Below, piece after piece: positions 28,286-37,600 of a stretch of DNA of 64,000 nucleotides. Location of the stretch: assembly GCA_964525295.1 (NCBI GenBank), contig CAZGEO010000001.1:248662-312661 (forward strand). The letters run 5' to 3'. Source of the DNA: an uncultured Candidatus Saccharibacteria bacterium. GTDB lineage: Bacteria > Patescibacteriota > Dojkabacteria > GCA-002793355. The notes under the pieces are model-generated. The model was not told the DNA's origin. It saw nothing but the letters and a program-made list of their open reading frames with translations, and did not search any database. A program made the translations under genes and the position numbers. Positions within the stretch are counted from its first letter, which is position 1, and each line of letters starts with the position of its first letter.

Positions 28286-29341
28286 TTATTCCTCTTGATA
28301 CAACATCCGATCCAATCGTTCAAATACACCTAAAGACGGGGAATTCTTTGCATTCGATACAGATGATAATAATGTCATAAAATCTTGCATTCTTGGCATT
28401 CTAGAAAGCAATTCACGCATAATTTTCTGCCCTTGTAAGATAAGCTCTCTTTCTTTATTATGCAATTCCGCTTTTTCGTTGAACTTTCGCTTCTGCTCTT
28501 CGATAAAAAATCGAGCTTTCTCAACATTTATCTGATTGCCAGCTGGCAATAGCATTACTGTCAATTGCCTATTTTTTGCTAATTTCACTGTTTTTTCACC
28601 CTTTGCAAGATACTCTTCTAGCTTTGGCACTTTCGTTATCCCTGCAGTTGAAATTACCTCTTCATTCAAACTTATCGCAGAAACATTCTTTGCTCCCAAA
28701 GATTCTAGTGCTAGTGTTAAAAACCTACTTGAAGCGGGGTATATCGCCAATACAGGAACGTCAATGATTTCGGGATTACTAATCAAACGTTCTATCGTAT
28801 TTACAATACTCGTTTTCCATTTTAAAATTTTTACTGATTGTTCATGCGCATATTTTTGTATGAGAAATTGTTCTAATTGCATTTTTCTTATAACTTCGCT
28901 TTCAGTCGGTTTCTCAGGAAAATTTCTAAATGAAACAAGTGCGTTAGCTCGCTTCTCAGGCGTTCTTGAAAACAATTCTGGTCGTGCAAGATGCATCTTT
29001 AGTAGATATAACGAAGATACAACACTACCATCTTCTAAATAAATTTCACCGTTGGCAAAAAGGTATTTCTTGAACCCTATTGCTGATTCACCTCCAGGAT
29101 AATACGTTCGAGTTGAATAGGCATACAGTAGAAGATCCAACGGGTTTTCAGGTTGTAATACTTCAGGAATAATATTTGGCGGGCAAATTATTGACTCACT
29201 ATTGCCTTTTTGTACCGCTGATTTTACAGCATGAACAAGTCCAGCAAATCGAAGTTCAAATTCACTAATGATACGTGGAGCAGGATTTCTCGAATAATCG
29301 TGTTTAGTATTTGGCTGCCCTACGTGCATTTTACAAAGCAT
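28286..29341 (-). CDS. Hypothetical protein (351 aa)
   Basis: ORF only. Confidence 0.4.
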   Translation of the reverse strand: MLCKMHVGQPNTKHDYSRNPAPRIISEFELRFAGLVHAVKSAVQKGNSESIICPPNIIPEVLQPENPLDLLLYAYSTRTYYPGGESAIGFKKYLFANGEIYLEDGSVVSSLYLLKMHLARPELFSRTPEKRANALVSFRNFPEKPTESEVIRKMQLEQFLIQKYAHEQSVKILKWKTSIVNTIERLISNPEIIDVPVLAIYPASSRFLTLALESLGAKNVSAISLNEEVISTAGITKVPKLEEYLAKGEKTVKLAKNRQLTVMLLPAGNQINVEKARFFIEEQKRKFNEKAELHNKERELILQGQKIMRELLSRMPRMQDFMTLLSSVSNAKNSPSLGVFERLDRMLYQEE

Positions 29342-29918
29342 AAACTTGCATTGAAACTGCGCCTTCTCTATCTGTAGCTTCTATTTTTTTAATTGTGACT
29401 TTTTCAACTTCCTTTACTTCAGAAATTCCACTCTTCTTCTTATATTCTTCTGTAACTTCTGGCAAAATCACGTAAAATGGCTCCATATCTAATTGTGATG
29501 ATGCCAACGAAGTATCTTTACCAACAATTACGTCAATTGGAGAATACTGCTTAACAAAATTATCTCCAGGTGCGCACGCAATGAAACCTACAGTACCTTC
29601 AGGAGTTTCTAAAACATAATGTGCCATTGCATCTAGGCTACTGCCTTTTAGGTGTACTTCGCCTACTCTATATTCTCCAGGAGTCAAAATGATTACAATC
29701 TCTCGTTCTTTTTTTAATTTCTGTGAAAGCACATCCCACGCAAGGAATTCCTCGGTTGAAAGAGCTTTTGCCGTATTTACCAACACGAGCTGTACCCCTT
29801 CAGGAATTTTCTCAGAAATATCGCTTGTATTTGCGATTGGTTCAATAAACCAGGCGACTTTCGTATCACGTACTTCAAGAATAATTGCATTAGATTTTTT
29901 ATTTTTTGTGATTTGCAC
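29331..29918 (-). CDS. Hypothetical protein (195 aa)
   Basis: ORF only. It overlaps the upstream gene by 11 bp, suggesting co-transcription. Confidence 0.4.
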   Translation of the reverse strand: MQITKNKKSNAIILEVRDTKVAWFIEPIANTSDISEKIPEGVQLVLVNTAKALSTEEFLAWDVLSQKLKKEREIVIILTPGEYRVGEVHLKGSSLDAMAHYVLETPEGTVGFIACAPGDNFVKQYSPIDVIVGKDTSLASSQLDMEPFYVILPEVTEEYKKKSGISEVKEVEKVTIKKIEATDREGAVSMQVYAL

Positions 29919-29998
29919 GATATTTCAGTTATTAAGTAAGCAGATGATTGTAGCGTGTAACAGCCACTTTTGCAATTAATAAAATGCGTTTGCTGGCC

Positions 29999-30229
29999 CT
30001 ATCGAAGTAATTCTGAGAGGTTCTCTAAAGAAGCCATAACCTGATCTTTAGTATATTCTTCAACCAGAGTAATTTTTGATGATTCTAGTGAAGAAATAAT
30101 TGCTGTTACTTGAATAAGTATCTGTTTCGGTGGAAGCTTCTCTTCTTCAAGCATTTTTTGAACTGCACGTAACTGCCCTTCAATTCGTTTCAGGCGAGTT
30201 ATCATCTGTTCTTTTGTTTCCTTCTTCAC
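29999..30229 (-). CDS. CsoR/RcnR/FrmR-family (DUF156) transcriptional repressor lacking the canonical Cys/His ligand residues
   Basis: TRLKRIEGQLRAVQKMLEEE matches the family RLxRIEGQxRG signature, and the size of 76 aa fits. The protein contains no Cys or His at all. Confidence 0.65.
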   Translation of the reverse strand: MKKETKEQMITRLKRIEGQLRAVQKMLEEEKLPPKQILIQVTAIISSLESSKITLVEEYTKDQVMASLENLSELLR

Positions 30230-30241
30230 TATTCATTATAC

Positions 30242-30257
30242 ATACCCCCGGGGGTAT
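30242..30257. promoter_or_regulatory. Perfect 16-bp palindrome ATACCCCCGGGGGTAT (candidate CsoR-family operator) in the divergent intergenic region
   Basis: Lies 13 bp upstream of the repressor start codon. CsoR/RcnR operators are G/C tracts flanked by AT-rich inverted arms (established knowledge). Confidence 0.55.
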
Positions 30258-30325
30258 ACGTCAACCGCCAGAATGCATCGATTTTTACAATTTGCGCCAC
30301 AAAATTGAAAAGCGTATAATTAACA

Positions 30326-30913
30326 ATGTCAGAATTAGTGCCCTTTCAACGCAAGCGAAAAAAATTACTACCAATCACAATTACCCCACTTCAAGCAGTT
30401 TCTGATGAATTATTGGTTTATTTATCTGAGAAATTTCCCCAGTATCTTACTTTTGTAGAGAATTCTGACAAAAATTTCATAAAATATTGCGATGAAGAAA
30501 AGAAGACACTTTATAGTGTGCAATTACAGGATGTTCCACGCCCCGTGGAGCTTGCTCGCATAATTGCCCCTGTAACCTCTCCTGAGTTAATTAATGACTC
30601 TACACTACCCTGGACACTTCATCGTCTTGATTCACCAGTTATTGTCCTTTGCTTTCTTGCACAAAAACTATCTGTTGCAAAACCTATATGCCTACTACCT
30701 AAGCCGTATCAAGCGATGATGAGAAAAGTCTATAGTGATGTAAGTATTCGAAATGCGCTTGCTATAAACATCGCCTCAGCCAGACGAGCAAGTAAGTATT
30801 TAAGAATACTGCAAAAGAGATTGGGGATTTATCCTAAGAAAAAAACACCGTTTAAGGTCGATCTTGTAAAAAACGCAATTGCTCCTCTGACAGAAGTGCG
30901 TGTAGAAAATTGA
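30326..30913 (+). CDS. Hypothetical protein (195 aa), divergent from the CsoR-like gene
   Basis: ORF only. The 3' end overlaps the convergent gene by about 60 bp. Confidence 0.4.
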   Translation: MSELVPFQRKRKKLLPITITPLQAVSDELLVYLSEKFPQYLTFVENSDKNFIKYCDEEKKTLYSVQLQDVPRPVELARIIAPVTSPELINDSTLPWTLHRLDSPVIVLCFLAQKLSVAKPICLLPKPYQAMMRKVYSDVSIRNALAINIASARRASKYLRILQKRLGIYPKKKTPFKVDLVKNAIAPLTEVRVEN

Positions 30914-31994
30914 TCAATTTGTTGCCTGAAGTTCTTCGTAAAATATCATATACCGCTGGATTGTTTCGTAATAATCTCGATATTGCTTTACGTGCAACCA
31001 TAGGCCTGACGCCAGAATGATAATTGAAATGTGGCGCCAACTGCTTCAAGCGTAATGCAATCTTGGTTTCAAGATCGTCAAGAATTTCTTTTCGATCACG
31101 ATTATTAATATCGGCGCCATCTAGCGATAAACGCGTCCATCTGGCGATCATTTTTTTCAAATTATTATCAATTTTCGACTTCATTTTGAAATGTTCAAGA
31201 AGCATTTCTGGGCCTACTAGCAACAGCTTCCCTTTCTTATGTGCTTCTATCAGAATCTCATCGTCATCAAATAGTGAATTCGTTAATGGCATTTGCTTAA
31301 CGTCGCTAAAATGCAATTTTTCAAGAGCTTCATGTACTAAATCAAGTCGAGGACGCCAGCCATTATCATTCTTTGTAATAATTTCAGGCAAATTGAGTAA
31401 TTTATACGTTTCGTAGGAATGTTTCTGCGGTAATTCTGACTCGTAATCATCAAGTGCTTTCCTTTTTGCAATTCCTGAATCAACAAAACCATTCTGTACT
31501 TTACAAAGTAATGAATTTACCTTAAAGAATGAAAACAGGCCCTGATCGACGTCATGAAATAGTTTAGGTGCAATTTGTGATTCTACATCTTCTTTTGTAA
31601 TTTTCTTGTTCGCCCAAATATATCCAGTTGTTACACACGATGAATAAGGCCCGCGGTCTGATAAAACAATAATTGAAGGATCTTCAGCCAATATGTTTTC
31701 TACCAGCAGAAGGGCGATACTACGATCAAGAGCATACATAGTACCGCGCACACGAGCTTCTTCTATACCGGTCATTTCATCAAATACATCTGCACAAACA
31801 CCACGAGTCATTAATCGAGTGTCGTGAGCAAAAAACCAAAACTGTGGAAAATTCATCAACAAAATCTTTCGATTTGGTTCCGTAATAACGAGATATTTTG
31901 CGATACTTCGGACCAGATCATTTTTACCTACAGAGTCTCCCCCTTCAATAAACATCGCCGGATACAATGGCTGAGGGATTAGCTTTCTACTCAT
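30852..31994 (-). CDS. P-loop nucleoside/nucleotide kinase-like domain (thymidylate-kinase/dNK-like) fused to about 180-aa C-terminal extension
   Basis: MFIEGGDSVGKNDL is a deviant Walker A (IEGxDxxGK). VLSDRGPYSSCVTTGY resembles the TMK DRY..S..AY motif. Confidence 0.5.
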   Translation of the reverse strand: MSRKLIPQPLYPAMFIEGGDSVGKNDLVRSIAKYLVITEPNRKILLMNFPQFWFFAHDTRLMTRGVCADVFDEMTGIEEARVRGTMYALDRSIALLLVENILAEDPSIIVLSDRGPYSSCVTTGYIWANKKITKEDVESQIAPKLFHDVDQGLFSFFKVNSLLCKVQNGFVDSGIAKRKALDDYESELPQKHSYETYKLLNLPEIITKNDNGWRPRLDLVHEALEKLHFSDVKQMPLTNSLFDDDEILIEAHKKGKLLLVGPEMLLEHFKMKSKIDNNLKKMIARWTRLSLDGADINNRDRKEILDDLETKIALRLKQLAPHFNYHSGVRPMVARKAISRLLRNNPAVYDILRRTSGNKLINFLHALLSEEQLRFLQDRP

Positions 31995-32034
31995 GAACGT
32001 ACTCTATATCAAAACACACGCGGTGACAATATTA

Positions 32035-33231
32035 TTAGGAGATAATTCCTCCACCCAATACTTGCACTCTTCTTGCTGTTCGTCTAATTTTTCCGTTAAT
32101 TATGTCAAGTAGTGTTGACACATCGCCCGTGTATTTTTCACTCACTTGGTCCCACAATTCTTGAGCATTAGTATATAACAATACACCTTGCCCTACTGCA
32201 GGGGCCCAAAAGTTTTTTTCTGTTGCCATATTCGATAATACATATCTATGTTCAGTAATTTTTTCAATGTTGACTGCAATTGGCTTTTCTCTGTAGCGAA
32301 CTGATGCCCAAACGTCGGTTATTTTACTTATATCGGCTCCGATTAATGAAGACACGTTGTCAATCGTGATTGACACTTTATTAAGCATTGGGTGATTTCG
32401 TCCTTTGCCAATAAGCAAATTATTGTTTTCTGAATCTTTTCCAACCACGAAATATGGGGCTGTTGCGCTACTTACGCGGATACCATGACGCTGACCTGGT
32501 GTATAAAACCATAAACCTTCATGTTTGCCAACGATTGAGTTCGTATCAACATCGATAATGTCGCCTGGTTTAGTTTGCAAAGTTTGTCTAATAAAATCGC
32601 GAACATCTATATCTCCAATGAAACAAATTCCCTGACTGTCTTTCTTTTCAGCATTTGGCAAATTAAAATGCTTAGCTAAGACGCGTACTTCTGACTTAAA
32701 CAGACTACCTAGCGGAAAAACTGCTCTTGCAAGCTGCTGTTGGGAAATTCTTTGTAAAAAATAAACCTGATCCTTAGTTGCATCAAGTGCAGTAAACAAG
32801 CCTAAATCGCCTGAATTCTCCCACGCGAAGTGCTCTTGTGATTGCCTTCGAGCGTAATGCCCTGTTGCAATATGTGTTGCGCCTTCGGCAAAAGCCCTCT
32901 CGGCGAATAAATCAAACTTGACTAAATTGTTACACATTATGTCAGGATTTGGAGTTCTACCAGCTTTGTATTCAGAAAAGAAATAATCCAATATTCGCGC
33001 TTTATACTCCTTTTCAAAATTGTAAACTTTCCATGGAATTCCTAAATGCTCTGATACATTTCTTACGTCTTCAACATCTTTTTCCCATGGACAAGTGTCG
33101 CCAAGGCCAAAATTTTCTGACCAATTTTTCATATACACCGCTGTCACTTCATAGCCCTGCTCAACAAGAAGTGCTGCTACAACGGCACTATCGACACCAC
33201 CTGACATTGCAACGTATATCTTCTGTTTCAT
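32035..33231 (-). CDS. mnmA: tRNA-specific 2-thiouridylase MnmA
   Basis: PP-loop VAMSGGVDSAV and conserved catalytic Cys region. Confidence 0.9.
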   Translation of the reverse strand: MKQKIYVAMSGGVDSAVVAALLVEQGYEVTAVYMKNWSENFGLGDTCPWEKDVEDVRNVSEHLGIPWKVYNFEKEYKARILDYFFSEYKAGRTPNPDIMCNNLVKFDLFAERAFAEGATHIATGHYARRQSQEHFAWENSGDLGLFTALDATKDQVYFLQRISQQQLARAVFPLGSLFKSEVRVLAKHFNLPNAEKKDSQGICFIGDIDVRDFIRQTLQTKPGDIIDVDTNSIVGKHEGLWFYTPGQRHGIRVSSATAPYFVVGKDSENNNLLIGKGRNHPMLNKVSITIDNVSSLIGADISKITDVWASVRYREKPIAVNIEKITEHRYVLSNMATEKNFWAPAVGQGVLLYTNAQELWDQVSEKYTGDVSTLLDIINGKIRRTARRVQVLGGGIIS

Positions 33232-33277
33232 AGTTTTGGAGACAATGTGAATTATAGCATTTTAGGATAGTAAAAAA

Positions 33278-34504
33278 CTATATGAAGATTGTCCATTCAG
33301 TCTGCTCTTCCTCTTCTCTGGCTCCAATGGTTAGAGCATTGGCTATAGTATGTCTACCCCATTTTCGGTTTATACTATCAATTACCGAACTTACCTGTTC
33401 TTCACATTTCTTTGCATTCTCGATTTTTGCAATATCTTCAAAAAGACCTAATTGTCGATGCTCTTTTGGCATGAGGTCAAATAAAAACACACCTGCACGC
33501 TTCACGCTTGCCCCTTCTGGATATATTTTCTCTAAATGGTCTGTAACAAATTTTGTAAATGCCGGAGTGTACGCAGTTGCCGGTGCAAGCGGTGCAATAA
33601 ATTGTTTCGCAAGATATCCTCGTTCTTTATGAAATCTGTTCCCACGCACGAATATTCCCATTTGCCCAGCTACTTCACCATTCTTTCTTATATGATAGGC
33701 TGCCTGTGAGGCAAACTTATGCAGAATTTTTTCTAATTCATCTTTGTTCGTAATTTCGGGGGTAAATGATCGTGTTACCATCGTTGATTTCTGAGCTGGA
33801 GGACGATCTTGTAAATTAAAACAGGAAACTCCATTTAATTCATTAATGGTATTTGACAAGGTAATCGAAAACTTTTTGCGAAATTGCAATGGATCTTGCG
33901 CAGCAAGCTGCGCAGCTGTTGTTATGCCATACAATGGCAATTTCGCAGCTAATGCCCAGCCAACTCCCCAAATATCTCTAATAGGAAAGGTTTCAAGATG
34001 AGGTTGCCAACTACTTTTACTTTCGAGTAGTTCAACCCCATTTTCTTTTTTCTTTGCTAATTTCACAGCAACTTTTGCGAGTGTTTTTGTTGGAGCTATT
34101 CCTACAGATACGGGAACTCCCGTCCATTTTAGAATTTTTTGGCGAATTACTTCGCAATGTGCTAACAAATCTGCTGAATTTTTTGGAAAAAAAACAAAGC
34201 TCTCATCAATAGAATATTCTTCAACAAATGGAAAGTTTTCATGCAAAATACTTGCTATTCGTCGAGAGAGATCTCCGTATAACTTAAAATTTGTTGATTT
34301 TACTTTCACTTGCCCAAGTTGCAGCTGCTCTTGAATCTTAAATAATGGTGCTGCCATTTGAATGCCTAGTGCTTTCGCCTCATTTGATCGAGCCAAAACG
34401 ATTCCGCCTGGATTTGCCACTACCACCGGAACATTCCGTAATTCTGGATGAAATACTCTTTCGCACGACACATAAAAGTTATTTGCATCAAAGACTGCGT
34501 ACAT
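33278..34504 (-). CDS. umuC: Y-family translesion DNA polymerase, UmuC-like (Pol V catalytic subunit)
   Basis: MYAVFDANNFYVSCERVFHPELRNVPVVVANPGGIVLARSNEAKALGI closely matches the UmuC N-terminus. Confidence 0.85.
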   Translation of the reverse strand: MYAVFDANNFYVSCERVFHPELRNVPVVVANPGGIVLARSNEAKALGIQMAAPLFKIQEQLQLGQVKVKSTNFKLYGDLSRRIASILHENFPFVEEYSIDESFVFFPKNSADLLAHCEVIRQKILKWTGVPVSVGIAPTKTLAKVAVKLAKKKENGVELLESKSSWQPHLETFPIRDIWGVGWALAAKLPLYGITTAAQLAAQDPLQFRKKFSITLSNTINELNGVSCFNLQDRPPAQKSTMVTRSFTPEITNKDELEKILHKFASQAAYHIRKNGEVAGQMGIFVRGNRFHKERGYLAKQFIAPLAPATAYTPAFTKFVTDHLEKIYPEGASVKRAGVFLFDLMPKEHRQLGLFEDIAKIENAKKCEEQVSSVIDSINRKWGRHTIANALTIGAREEEEQTEWTIFI

Positions 34505-34541
34505 TACTAATTATCAATTTTTAATTACTAATTTTCAATTA

Positions 34542-35438
34542 TCAAACCCACAACTTCGCGTTGTCATAGTATCGCCAAATTTTAAATCCTAATCGTTCAT
34601 AGAACTCTATCTCGTATGTCCACCCAATATACACATATTTTCGCTTACTATCTCGAATTTTTTCTGTTCCCCAGGCTTTCATTGCAGAACCTACTCCTTT
34701 TCCTTGCCAGGCTTTACTTACGCCTAAGGCAGCACCTCCTCCGACGCTATTTTCGAACAATTCACGCCAAGTACAATCATCACGCCAGAGCTGACTTACT
34801 GCAATAACCTCTTCACCATGATATGCCAAAAAAATTTTCTTGAAATTTTTAGCTTTTACTTCTTTCTCATAATACTCTAGCCAGTTTGGAAAATTCTCTG
34901 CAACAAATGAAAGTATTTTTTGTGCCCATTTACTATTTGCAAAGCTTATTTGAATAGATTGCTCAATCATTCTTTCAAATGTTCCTCCAGGTGTTACAAA
35001 ATTTGTAACATCTTGGCACATGTCAACAGGGCCATCCTCTGAAATTTTGAAACCACATTTCTCAAAGAAGTTTGTGCAATTCAAATTTTGCGGAATTCCT
35101 GGCCAAAAATAACCTCCAGCGCCGGCCCCAATAGTTATTTCGGTTGCTCCTTTCTTTTTTAACCACAATAACGCTTCAGCAAGTAACTTACTACCAATTC
35201 CTTGTCGCTGGCATTCCTTAGCCACTAGAATAAGCGAAATGACCCCTAAATGATTTTTAATTTTTGCAACAACGAAACCTTCTAGAATATCATCGGAAAG
35301 CATGGTTATCACAGTAGTTTCGACATTTGCCTCATCTGAACCTGAAATAATTTTATTAAATTTTTCCTGCGGTATGGGCCATAATTGATATGTCAAAGAA
35401 GTTTTATACAATTCGTACAATTTTTGATTTTGTGTCAT
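34542..35438 (-). CDS. GNAT-family N-acetyltransferase (two-lobed, about 298 aa)
   Basis: The acetyl-CoA-binding motif QRQGIGSKLL and a second motif QGKGVGSAM indicate a tandem GNAT. Confidence 0.7.
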   Translation of the reverse strand: MTQNQKLYELYKTSLTYQLWPIPQEKFNKIISGSDEANVETTVITMLSDDILEGFVVAKIKNHLGVISLILVAKECQRQGIGSKLLAEALLWLKKKGATEITIGAGAGGYFWPGIPQNLNCTNFFEKCGFKISEDGPVDMCQDVTNFVTPGGTFERMIEQSIQISFANSKWAQKILSFVAENFPNWLEYYEKEVKAKNFKKIFLAYHGEEVIAVSQLWRDDCTWRELFENSVGGGAALGVSKAWQGKGVGSAMKAWGTEKIRDSKRKYVYIGWTYEIEFYERLGFKIWRYYDNAKLWV

Positions 35439-35441
35439 ATG

Positions 35442-35882
35442 TTATTGTACCTGTAAATTGTGAATGACAAAGGTTACAACTCCCCATATTTCGACTTGCA
35501 TACCATCACGAATTTCGATCGGTTGGTATTTTTCATTTTCTGCAATTAACATAAGGTGATCATTTTTATATCCTACTCGTTTTACAGTAAATTCTCCATC
35601 TATAACCGCAACAACTATAGCACCATCTATTGGTTCTTTTGAGCGATCTACGACGAGCAGATCACCAGAAAAAATTCCTGCATTTATCATGGAGTGCCCT
35701 TGAACGCGAACATAATAGGTGGCTGCTGGGTGTTCTACGACCATATCATTCAAATCGAGCATTTCTTGTGAAAAATCACCTGCTGGAGAGGGAAAACCTG
35801 CTGGAACGCGCGAAATCACAACCCTTTCTAGACGTTTATTTACCTGCGCTTTTACCCTACTTTGTGTCTTTTTCTTTATCAT
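35442..35882 (-). CDS. umuD: UmuD-like S24 self-cleaving peptidase (Pol V accessory subunit)
   Basis: PAGFPSPAGDFSQEMLDLNDMVVEHPAATYYVRVQGHSM parallels the UmuD CGFPSPAADY...HPSATYFVKASGDSM, including the Ser nucleophile. The Lys lies in the EFTVKRV region. Confidence 0.8.
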   Translation of the reverse strand: MIKKKTQSRVKAQVNKRLERVVISRVPAGFPSPAGDFSQEMLDLNDMVVEHPAATYYVRVQGHSMINAGIFSGDLLVVDRSKEPIDGAIVVAVIDGEFTVKRVGYKNDHLMLIAENEKYQPIEIRDGMQVEIWGVVTFVIHNLQVQ

Positions 35883-35885
35883 ACG

Positions 35886-36821
35886 CTACCCAAGAGTAAT
35901 GACTGCAACGACATATGATACATAAACAAGGAACAATACCGCACCTTCAAATTTTGATATGGCTAATTTCTTACCTATCAACGAAATTACCACAAAAAGA
36001 ATCGATATCACCAACAAATATACGAGTTCTACCTGCAACACTACTAAGTTTACAGAAGAAATAAGCGTACTTACGCCAAAAACTCCCAATATATTGAATA
36101 CATTTGATCCTAGTACGCCACCTAAGGCTAGTTGTCCATCTTTTTTCAAAACTGCCGTTAGTACAGTTACTAATTCTGGTAATGACGTACCTAAAGCCAA
36201 GATTACGGCACCGACAATGATTTCAGAGACACCAAGTGAGGTAAACAACATCTCTGCATACCGTAGGGTTAATTCACCACCAGCAAGAAGAACAATTAAA
36301 CCAAATACAAGTAAAACTCCATCAAGTAATGTGAATTCAGTCTTTTCTAAATTCTGTTGTTTAGGATACTCTTTCGAACTGTAGAATGCGAAAACTAGGT
36401 AACCTGCTATCAACAACATACTAATCACGGGGGTAATCGGTATATTTAAAAGCCACAATAAGACCAAAACCAGTACTGGAAGAATGCTCAACGGAATATC
36501 GCGCATTACTGACTTCTTTTGCAACGTGATGTTCCCTAACATGGCTGAAAGCCCCACTATCAAACCAATATTTGTTATATTACTGCCAATAACATTTGAG
36601 GCAGCAATTAGTGGCTGCCCTTGCACTGCAGCAAGAACACTAACAACCAGTTCAGGTAACGAGGTTCCAACTGCGATGACCAGAATTCCAACAATTATTG
36701 GATGAATTCTTAATGCATTTCCTAGTCGAGCAGCTTTTGTAACAAAAAGATCCGCACCTTTAACCAAGAGTAAGATACCAATTATTAAAAAGAAAATTGC
36801 TATTGCCGTACTCATGATCAT
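35886..36821 (-). CDS. Ca2+/Na+ (CaCA family, YrbG-like) antiporter
   Basis: Two alpha-repeats GTSLPELVVSV and GTSLPELVTVL. About 10 TM helices. Confidence 0.8.
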   Translation of the reverse strand: MIMSTAIAIFFLIIGILLLVKGADLFVTKAARLGNALRIHPIIVGILVIAVGTSLPELVVSVLAAVQGQPLIAASNVIGSNITNIGLIVGLSAMLGNITLQKKSVMRDIPLSILPVLVLVLLWLLNIPITPVISMLLIAGYLVFAFYSSKEYPKQQNLEKTEFTLLDGVLLVFGLIVLLAGGELTLRYAEMLFTSLGVSEIIVGAVILALGTSLPELVTVLTAVLKKDGQLALGGVLGSNVFNILGVFGVSTLISSVNLVVLQVELVYLLVISILFVVISLIGKKLAISKFEGAVLFLVYVSYVVAVITLG

Positions 36822-37342
36822 TTAGCACTAAGTTTAGCTTCAAGAACTTGTATTCTTTTTTCAAGTGATGACACTTCTGCAAGACCAGAAGTTGCATATG
36901 CAAAATATACCGAAACACCCATGACTACTAACCCCACAATAATCGTTATTGTTCGATATAAACCGGCCAAAGCATTACGTAATTCTGGATATAATTTTTC
37001 TTCGAGAATGCCAGCTTTGGCTTGGTTTGGCGCAGGAGTTTGCGTTGGTGTTACTCCAAAGATACCCGTAATCTGCCCCCAAATCGATTGGGCTCCCTCT
37101 TTTACAATTTCTATCGACATCGAGCCATCGATTTTTCTGATTGATTCTAAAGTACCCGAATTTTCTAACGTTCGATTTGCCCAGGCTGTAAAAAGTCCAG
37201 GTATAAAAAGAGCCAATAATACAGCAATTGCCGACAAAACCATTACTGCAGAGATTACTTGAGACATAAACGCGACTAAATTATTGCGGAATAGGTACAA
37301 AGTGCCAAAAAGTAAAAGAAGAAACAGAATGAGGTAAGTCAT
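36818..37342 (-). CDS. Membrane protein with C-terminal coiled-coil, hypothetical
   Basis: Two to three TM helices. Confidence 0.4.
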   Translation of the reverse strand: MTYLILFLLLLFGTLYLFRNNLVAFMSQVISAVMVLSAIAVLLALFIPGLFTAWANRTLENSGTLESIRKIDGSMSIEIVKEGAQSIWGQITGIFGVTPTQTPAPNQAKAGILEEKLYPELRNALAGLYRTITIIVGLVVMGVSVYFAYATSGLAEVSSLEKRIQVLEAKLSAK

Positions 37343-37415
37343 AGGTTATAGTAGCAGAAATGCAAAGTAATTGTTAATTTTCAATGATCAATGTCAAAAC
37401 TTGCACATTCAGAAT

Positions 37416-37445
37416 AAAAAGGCGTATAATTCTCCATGCAACTAA
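37416..37445 (+). promoter_or_regulatory. Candidate sigma70-type promoter for thrS (TTGCAC-18-TATAAT)
   Basis: ttgcacattcagaataaaaaggcgtataat. It would give a leader of about 150 nt containing two short GC hairpins. Confidence 0.4.
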
Positions 37446-37600
37446 GAAGAACGAATTTTCAAACCGTCTTCACTACCCTTCGGGGTTAATCTTTTCATCG
37501 TTGCATAAAAATCTCACACAAACTAAATGCAAGGGGCAAAATCTCCCCAACGAGCAGGAAAAATGATGTACAATCTGATAATTTAGTTATTTATAAAAAC

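Noticed and set aside
28536-29042. 168-aa + strand ORF
   Set aside because: It is antisense to the better-supported 351-aa minus ORF and has a Phe/Ser-rich artefact composition.
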